Assembly (NCBI GenBank): GCA_951406725.2
Contig: OX597831.1
Coordinates: forward strand, 17,670,001 to 17,734,000
DNA from: Octopus vulgaris
Lineage: Eukaryota
Direction of reading: 5' to 3'
Length of the DNA: 64,000 bases
This document shows, piece after piece, positions 56,065 through 64,000 of the stretch (positions are counted from its first letter, which is position 1; every line of letters begins with the position of its first letter). The notes below the pieces were generated by a model. That model was not told the origin of the DNA, searched no databases, and was given only the letters and a program-made list of their open reading frames with translations. Position numbers and translations under genes: made by a program.

Positions 56065-57340
56065 AGTGGCTGTGTGGTAAGTAGCTTCTTTACCAACCAC
56101 ATGGTTCCGGGTTCAGTCCCACTGCGTGGCATCTTGGGCAAGTGACTTCTACTATAGCCTCGGGCCGACCAACAAATTGTGAGTGGATTCGGTAGATTGA
56201 AACTTAAAGAAGCCTTTCATATATATGTATATTATATAATTAGGGCTTAGTAAAATAAATTACTTTGCCACATACTGAACTTAGTAGAAATAGCAGCCCA
56301 AAAAATTTTTTTAGCTATTTCTACTACTTAAAGAAAATTTCTCTCAGGTAATGTTTACTCCAGATAGTTCACGAAGGTTTGGAGGTAAATACAGAAAAAT
56401 ATCACAAGTACATAGTTCGTTTGAGTACGTCAACGTTTCAAGATTAGCCAAATAAAATCAGCATTTCTTTCGTCAGCTCCAACCACTCCAACTGACAGTG
56501 CCAACAAATTCAAAATGCGCAGGCGTAAATTTCTGCACTCAATTGTTGATATTATAATTCATTTCTCTCTGCCATACTGCCTCGGTTCTCGCGGTTAGAA
56601 TATGATGTTTGCTGGATAGACCACGTGGGTGGAAGCGGAGTGCAGAAATTTACGCCTGCGCATTTTGAATTTGTTGGCACTGTCAGTTGGAGTGGTTCAT
56701 CTGAAGCGACAAGTTCGCTGATAGGTAAAGTTCCTTCTTTTTAGTGTTTCCAAATCCAAATTAAGAAATTTTGAGCTGACGAAAGAAATGCTGATTTTAT
56801 TTGGCTAATCTTGAAAAGTTGACGTACTCAAACGATCTATGTACTTGTGATATTTTTCTGTATTTACCTCCAAACCTTCGTGAGCTATCTGGAGTAAACA
56901 TTAACTGAGAGAAATTTTCTTTAAGTAGTAGAAATAGCTAAAAAAAATTATTTTGGTTGCTATTTCTACTAAGTTCAGTATGTGGCAAAGTAATTTATTT
57001 TACTAAGCCCTAATTATATAATGTAATATTCTGAATTCGCCTTAAATGGTCCTTTTACATACTGAACACTTGGTGAAATTGATTAATTAATTTTACACTC
57101 AATTGTTGATATATATATATGTATGTGTGTGTTTGTTTGTGTTGTGTCTGTGTTTGTCCCCCTAGCATTGCTTGACAACTGATGCTGGAGTGTTTATGTC
57201 CCGTCAGTTAGCGGTTCGGCAAAACAGACCGATAGAATAAGTGCAAGGCTTACAAAGAATAAATGCCGGGGTCGAGTTGCTCGATTAAAGGCGGTGCTCT
57301 AGCATGGCCGCACTCAAATGACTGAAAAATGTATAAAAGA
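56065..57340 (+). mobile_element. tRNA-derived SINE (head 56065-56220, tail 57130-57340) split by an insertion in its internal microsatellite
   Basis: gtggctgtgtggtaag (A box), gggttcagtccc (B box), cttgggcaagtg; tail ggcggtgctctagcatggccgcactcaaatgactgaaa. Confidence 0.7.
56230..57115. repeat. ~310-bp inverted repeat element nested in the SINE (Penelope-terminus-like)
   Basis: 56231-56540 is the reverse complement of 56638-57022, where the second arm has a ~75-bp extra segment. cactcaattgttgatat is directly repeated at 56536 and 57096. Confidence 0.7.
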
Positions 57341-57386
57341 GAAAAAGTTATATATATATATATATTTATATATATATAAATATATA

Positions 57387-57477
<91 letters not shown>

Positions 57478-57479
57478 TC

Positions 57480-58012
57480 ACTAAATGAATTGAAGGCATG
57501 GATGCTCTCGATTATTTGGACCGCCTTAAGGTCTTGAAACTCTACTCTCTCCAGCTTCGCCGTGAGCGTACATCGTTGGTACGATGTGGAGAATATACCG
57601 CCAACTTGTGCCCAAACGACCTGAACATTAGCTTCAATGTTTATCCCAAAATGGGACTACGGGCCATACGACCCCTGCCAAATTCAAGATCACAGCATAC
57701 ATGTACACTGCAACATTATTTCTTTTCCTCAACAGGCCCTAACCTATTTAACATTCTCCCGATAGGGATCAAAGAAGAAAAAGGGTCCCATCAACTTTAA
57801 AAGGAATCTGGATAGATTCCTTCAAGGAATACCAGATAAGCCACCCATAATTGGATACAACTCACCCAACAAAAACTCACTACTTGATTGGAGCATAAAC
57901 AAAACTTAACTTAAACAGGATTTAGAAAATCCTATCAGGGGGGGGGGGCTATTAAGTTGCACATGGCCTGGACCTACCTTTGGTCGAATCACATCTAAAT
58001 TTATCTAAGTTT
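57480..58012 (+). mobile_element. 3' fragment of a CR1-group LINE
   Basis: [34 protein letters not shown]; similar to 34400-34900. Confidence 0.75.
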
Positions 58013-58286
58013 TATATATATACAAACATACATATATAAATATACATATATAAATATTTACATATATATATAAATATCATATATAAATATTTACATATAT
58101 ATGTATCTATTAATTATAATGGCCTGGGCCAATCAATGTATCAAACCTATCAAAGTATCATATATATATCATATATATATATATATATATATATATACTT
58201 TGATACTTTGATACTTTGATAGGTTTCGGCCATTATTGGCCCAGGCCATGTATAACTTAATAGATACATATATATATAAATATTTA

Positions 58287-58338
<52 letters not shown>

Positions 58339-58340
<2 letters not shown>

Positions 58341-58965
58341 TCCCGGGTTGAGTCGTGGTTAACCACAGTAAATAAGGTACTCAATACATAGCAGAGTAAA
58401 TTAATTTATTTTATAGAAGGAGCTTCTACAGGACTAGAACAGTTTCATTCAAAAAAATCATCAGAAAGCTAGGTGACAAGAATAGTTTTGGCATTTATAC
58501 ATTTAGGCAGGTTTAAAGGGGTGATGGTTGGGGGACCTTTTGGGGTAGGCATGGCGTAAACTATCATTCTTAGAGTGGTCAAAGGAATCAGTGATAAAGT
58601 AGATAAAAGAATAAATAGAATAATAGAGTTTTAGGTAAATAAGGAGACTCTCACTTATACACACATATATATATATATATATATATACACATACACATAC
58701 ACATAAATATATGTGTGTATAAGTGAGAGTCTCCTTATTTACCTAAAACTCTATTCTATTTATTCTTTTATCTACTTTATCAATGATTCCATTGACCACT
58801 CCCCTAAGAATGATAGTTTGCGCCATGCCTACCCCCAAAAGTCCCCCACCACCACCCCTTCAAACCTGCCTAAATGTATAAATGCCAAAACTATTCTTGT
58901 CACTTAGCTTCCTAATGATTTCTTTTGAATGAAACAGTTCTAGTCCTGTAGAAGCTCCTTCTATA
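58339..58965. repeat. ~250-bp inverted repeat element around a TA/CA microsatellite
   Basis: 58412-58665 is the reverse complement of 58712-58965. Each arm has a degenerate CTGATGA..GAAA motif. Confidence 0.7.
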
Positions 58966-59216
58966 AAAAAAAATATATATATATATACATATATATATAT
59001 ATGTATGTATATATATATATAAGATTATGCATGTATATTGGCGATTTTTTTTCCTCTGTGTTCCGTTCTCTGGATCTTTCCTTCTCCTATGTTTCCGACG
59101 AAGAGCTCTGCACGAAATGTTATACAATCCATGTTTCCTTTCCGTCCGATAATACTATATGTGTTTCACGTCCTTGCGTTGTTGTGCTTACTATTTCTGT
59201 TTTAATGTTTGGATTA

Positions 59217-59307
<91 letters not shown>

Positions 59308-59607
59308 GTATATATATGTATATATGTATATACATATATATATATGTATATAAATATATATATATATATATATCAGTATTCACTAACTAACGGCTATGCA
59401 GGTAAAGCTGGTAAACAATACTTTTTTATTAAAATATATGTCTTTCTAAGTATAACTGTGACATGTGAAACGAATTAGCAAATAGCTGAAAAATAGTAAA
59501 AGTTTTACAAATTACCAAGTGAAGTCAATTCTTGTAACAACTTTAATGAATGTCACTAAATGAATACGTTTAGATCTTCAGAACTGCTATTCTCACACAA
59601 TCATATA

Positions 59608-59678
<71 letters not shown>

Positions 59679-59718
59679 ATTTTAATATAGATGCATATTC
59701 ATATAAATATATATATAT

Positions 59719-59815
<97 letters not shown>

Positions 59816-61441
59816 TATATAACGCAAGCACATTTATATATATATATATGCTCACGCACATACATATACAGCCAAGCACACATTAAACATATTGCAATTG
59901 GTATAACAACGCGTTTATCTACTAATAAGATTAACACTAACAATATGTGAACATTTTCTTCTTTATTTTTTTCTGATTATTTTCAAAAGTGTCCCCTCTA
60001 GATATTGATTAGACAGAACTTCAGAACGTGTGAACCTTATATGAAAGAACAATACTCATTCGTTAATCTGTTCCCATTACAACACATTTCAAATATTTAA
60101 GCTTGTACTACAACTGTGAATTACGGAATAACTCATGCATATCATTATTTCAACACTGCCCTTATTTTTGCTTTAATAATTGAACCGCGAATGAAGCAAG
60201 GAATATTCTTTGTAAGGAGATCTGGAACGAGAATTGGAGAAAAGGATATATATATAGATAAATCTGGAATCCACGTATGTTCAAATTAGTTCGACGTTAA
60301 TTATACGAGAAACTGACATATTATACTCTTTCATTCATGAACAAATATGAGATTTACTAGGATCTTGCTGATGATGATTCAGTTTAAATTACAGAAAAAA
60401 TTAGGCCGGTACCAGGGTGCCACATACTTGTGAGTTCAATGTGGTGCACTTTGCAGAAGAGAAAAACCGGGTTCAAACCTTCTCTGGGGGAGGGCTAACT
60501 TATTTCTTGCTGTTTCTTTCAGGCGATGTGTGTTGGTTATGAGCCGAGGCAATCGTGTTGTTATAGCTGTTCACTATAGAGGACCAATACAAAATATTCT
60601 GTTCTACTCTGGGCACAAGGCCGGTAATATTATCATTATTATTATTGTGCGGGAACGGGACATTCGATTTGATCGACCTCAGTAAGCAACTGGTATTTAA
60701 TTTATCAACCACGAAACGACGAAAGGCAACCTCCGCAGAATTTGAATAGAAATATTGCAACAACTTCCTTCATCTTAACGTGAATGTGTATGACCTTTAT
60801 TAGTAGTATCACCCTGAAATTATATAGCAAAAGGTACAATGAGTTTCACCTCTGCATATTAATGAGATTTCTAACTCCTTATTGTAGATGTATCTTAAAT
60901 ATTTATATAATAATATCAAAACAATTATGCAATAATAATGAATGTATTGATATTGTAATATTCACGCAGTTGTCAACTCGTAAATATACCATGTTATTTG
61001 ACCGCTATGTAATAATAAATGAAGAAAATGCTTGAATATTTGTTGCTATGATGTTACTATTATAATGCATAAAGCAATCCGTAATTATACTTACAATTAT
61101 CACAGACGCAGCAATGAATTTTGTGAGGGAACAGGCCGTGGTCTCAAAGCGACGAAAAAGCGACGAGTGTTTTCGTTCCAGCACACGATTCAAATCAGGT
61201 CATTTGCTATGCAAGTACATCTCCGTAATTTATAATAATATTCCTGAAGAAAGTTCTCAAGTGAAATGGGATTCGGTCAAAGATATTGCAGTATAAACAG
61301 GTTGCTGGGGGAATTGTTAGAATGAAATCACTTACCTTAACGCTAGAAGGATTGCCCAGGTTCTGCAAAGAAATAACATATATGTTGAAAAACCAAGAAT
61401 TTTGCATATCTGGATTTAATAAATCTACACAAAAACACACA

Positions 61442-61507
<66 letters not shown>

Positions 61508-62674
61508 GTATGTATATGCATGTATATTTATGTATGTGTGTATGTATATCCTAATGAGGGGGTATAAAGGTTATCATTCTCGATATCTTAAGCGAAGAAT
61601 GCAATTATATTATCTCTTATACTACCTGTCATTCTTGCTCTCTCATTAAATTGTATTGTAGATTCAATACGAAAGCATGAATACAAATGCGGCGCTGGTT
61701 TTTAGAACACTATACCTTCAAGATCGATTCTCACGAATGACACTAATACTAGAGACTTATATTTGCTAATATTTAATTTTTTGTTTAATTTTGAATAGCC
61801 TGTTTCTCTTGACAGAGAATTTGTCAGGAGCGAGTTTATAAAATGTTTTCTATGTAGTTAGTAAAACAATGAACTTCACTGACTTTACTAGTGATACATG
61901 AGCTTTATAAAAATGGAATCCTTCTGGCGGCGTTTAAAATATACACTACACCAGTCACAACTTAATACAACACCAAAAAAGGAAGCGTTTTGTGATGACA
62001 TCTGGGGCTTGGATTGAAGCTTCTCGTTCGACTTAAAGAATTAAGTGTAGTAAATAATCTGGTTTCCGAGTTTAATAAAGCTCACTCATATACTTCAAAG
62101 CAGTTATTGTCTGTTCACGAAATTTAATTCGCTTCTAAATGTATCGACCCGTCTCATGATGACAGAAAACATTCTCAAGTGTTTTCTGCTATCAACATCA
62201 GCAATAGTTTCGAAAACATTTATGGTATATTGTTTCTATATTGAAAAGTTAATAGCAATGAAAAAGAATGTCAGTGCTGCAAAAATCCATTAGATAGTAC
62301 AGACTATTCATTTTTCCTACCCATACCTCGCAAACAAATTAAAAATATATTACGAATAGAAAAGTCAAAAGTAATCATTGCTCAAAATTCATAGATATTT
62401 CAAGGGGAATTCGAAGACAGAACGGAAAAGTATTTCAAGAAATTCTATCAATTTTGTAATGGGAAATTAACTTACGCCGCAGCTGTAATTTTCTTGAAAA
62501 AGAAAATAGCATTTAGGTGTGACGAAATAATAAAAGCATCTTATAAGATTTTCGTTATACCTGAAAAAGAATGTTAATGAGGAAAATTCCTTTACAAATT
62601 AGCCACCGAAATATACACAACACGGATACGCGCACACAAACGCACACGCAGATATATGCATGTATATATGTGTA

Positions 62675-62743
<69 letters not shown>

Positions 62744-62749
62744 TACATA

Positions 62750-62809
<60 letters not shown>

Positions 62810-62829
62810 AATATTTATATATATATATA

Positions 62830-63085
62830 ACTTAGAATAACTTAGATAGGTTTTGGCCAGTATTGGCCCAGGCCATGTCTAACTTAATAGCACCACCTGG
62901 CGAATTCTTTCAGTTCAGGATTTGGGCACCAAGGCCGATTCGAGCAGAGAGTTATTGTTAGCGGAGACATTTCCGGGTGTGGGTGGTTTGTCCGGTACTC
63001 TTTGAAGGAATTTGTCCAAAGACTTCTTGAATTTTGTGTGGTCAGTTTCTTTATTGACGTGTCCTGGTGTAATGTTGAAGGACGC
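62830..63085 (-). mobile_element. 3' end of the CR1-group family found at 33712-34906
   Basis: Reverse complement of 34655-34906, including the tail. Confidence 0.8.
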
Positions 63086-63095
63086 GTCAAAAAAA

Positions 63096-63158
<63 letters not shown>

Positions 63159-63278
63159 GCTGATTTGTTCTGCTTTTATATCTAACCCTACAGTCTCTTA
63201 TGTGGTGGTTTAATAAAGTATGTGATTGAGTATTATCTGGTAATTGATATTTGATTTAAATGTATTTCTCCATTATCT

Positions 63279-63339
<61 letters not shown>

Positions 63340-63384
63340 ACGTATTTATGTATTCATACATTAATGTAACACTATATATACTTA

Positions 63385-63999
63385 TACGAAGGGTACAAAA
63401 AAGGAGCCGGAAACGTTATCTGAGGGAGGAGCCCGTTGTAGTTAAGGCCGCAGAAATCTACATCTTGCGTCAACCGGGAGAGTCGTTCTAAATTGTGGTG
63501 CTTCTTTGTTTTGCAGTCAGGCAACAAGTTCAGCGATTCGTGAGATGGCTCAAAGAACGAAAAGCTGGCTTCCGTGAAAGTCTTTTTTCTGCTGAGGAGA
63601 ACGGCTGCGAGAAGCCGTTTCATATTTCAAAAGGACATGAGAAAAACCCCTAGTTTATAAGTGGTTTCTATACTTAAAGAATGCTAAACCGTTGCTTGAA
63701 GACCAACCTCGTTACGGCCGAACGTCGACCTATAGAACGAATGAAAAGTTCATGAATATTCGTGAACTAATCTTGGGGTAGCGCCACCAAGAAATTTACC
63801 TTCTTGTTAAACTGAATAATGTGTCTTGGTTATTTCTGCCAACGAAATTTGAACGACGATTTGCGAATGAAATGAGTTGCAGGAAAATTTGTGCCACGCT
63901 TACTGACGGAAAACCAAAAGCAGCCAGGAATGAACGCTTGTTGTGAAATGGAAAACATTTTAAAAACATTTGGAAATTGACAATGTTTCGGAAGGCCAT
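63385..63999 (+). mobile_element. Second copy of the decayed mariner at 1-836 (runs out of the window)
   Basis: TA+cgaagggtacaaaaaaggagccggaa TIR; 63403-63999 is nearly identical to 1-593. Confidence 0.75.
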
Positions 64000-64000
64000 C

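Larger units (their letters stand above)
52364..62462. repeat. Right arm of inverted duplication 2, with arm-specific insertions at ~53400-55469 and ~56040-59380
   Basis: Reverse complement of 39226-44268. Confidence 0.9.

Overview
Eukaryotic, AT-rich, repeat-dominated DNA with no intact host gene. The SINEs and the (TA)n/(AAT)n landscape resemble octopus/cephalopod DNA (inference). The main structure is a 15.6-kb head-to-tail array (1746-17315) of eight same-strand L1/Tx1-type retrotransposon units. Seven encode only ORF1 (RRM-like regions, CCHC knuckle, variable C-terminal domain). One is a two-ORF APE-RT element with a deleted RT core. These divergent units share 5' and 3' terminal motifs and swap protein modules, and their 3' tail resembles that of a tRNA-type SINE in the window. 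The rest of the window is two large inverted duplications (arms ~18.8-22.2 kb / 26.3-32.9 kb and ~39.2-44.3 kb / 52.4-62.5 kb). Each has an R4/Dong-type element in its spacer, and each arm carries its own CR1-like, Penelope-like, Chapaev-like or SINE insertions. Hammerhead-like motifs occur in Penelope-type inverted termini. A decayed multi-exon host gene may lie at 40.3-47.2 kb. The same decayed mariner opens and closes the window. All comparisons were made by eye and boundaries are approximate.
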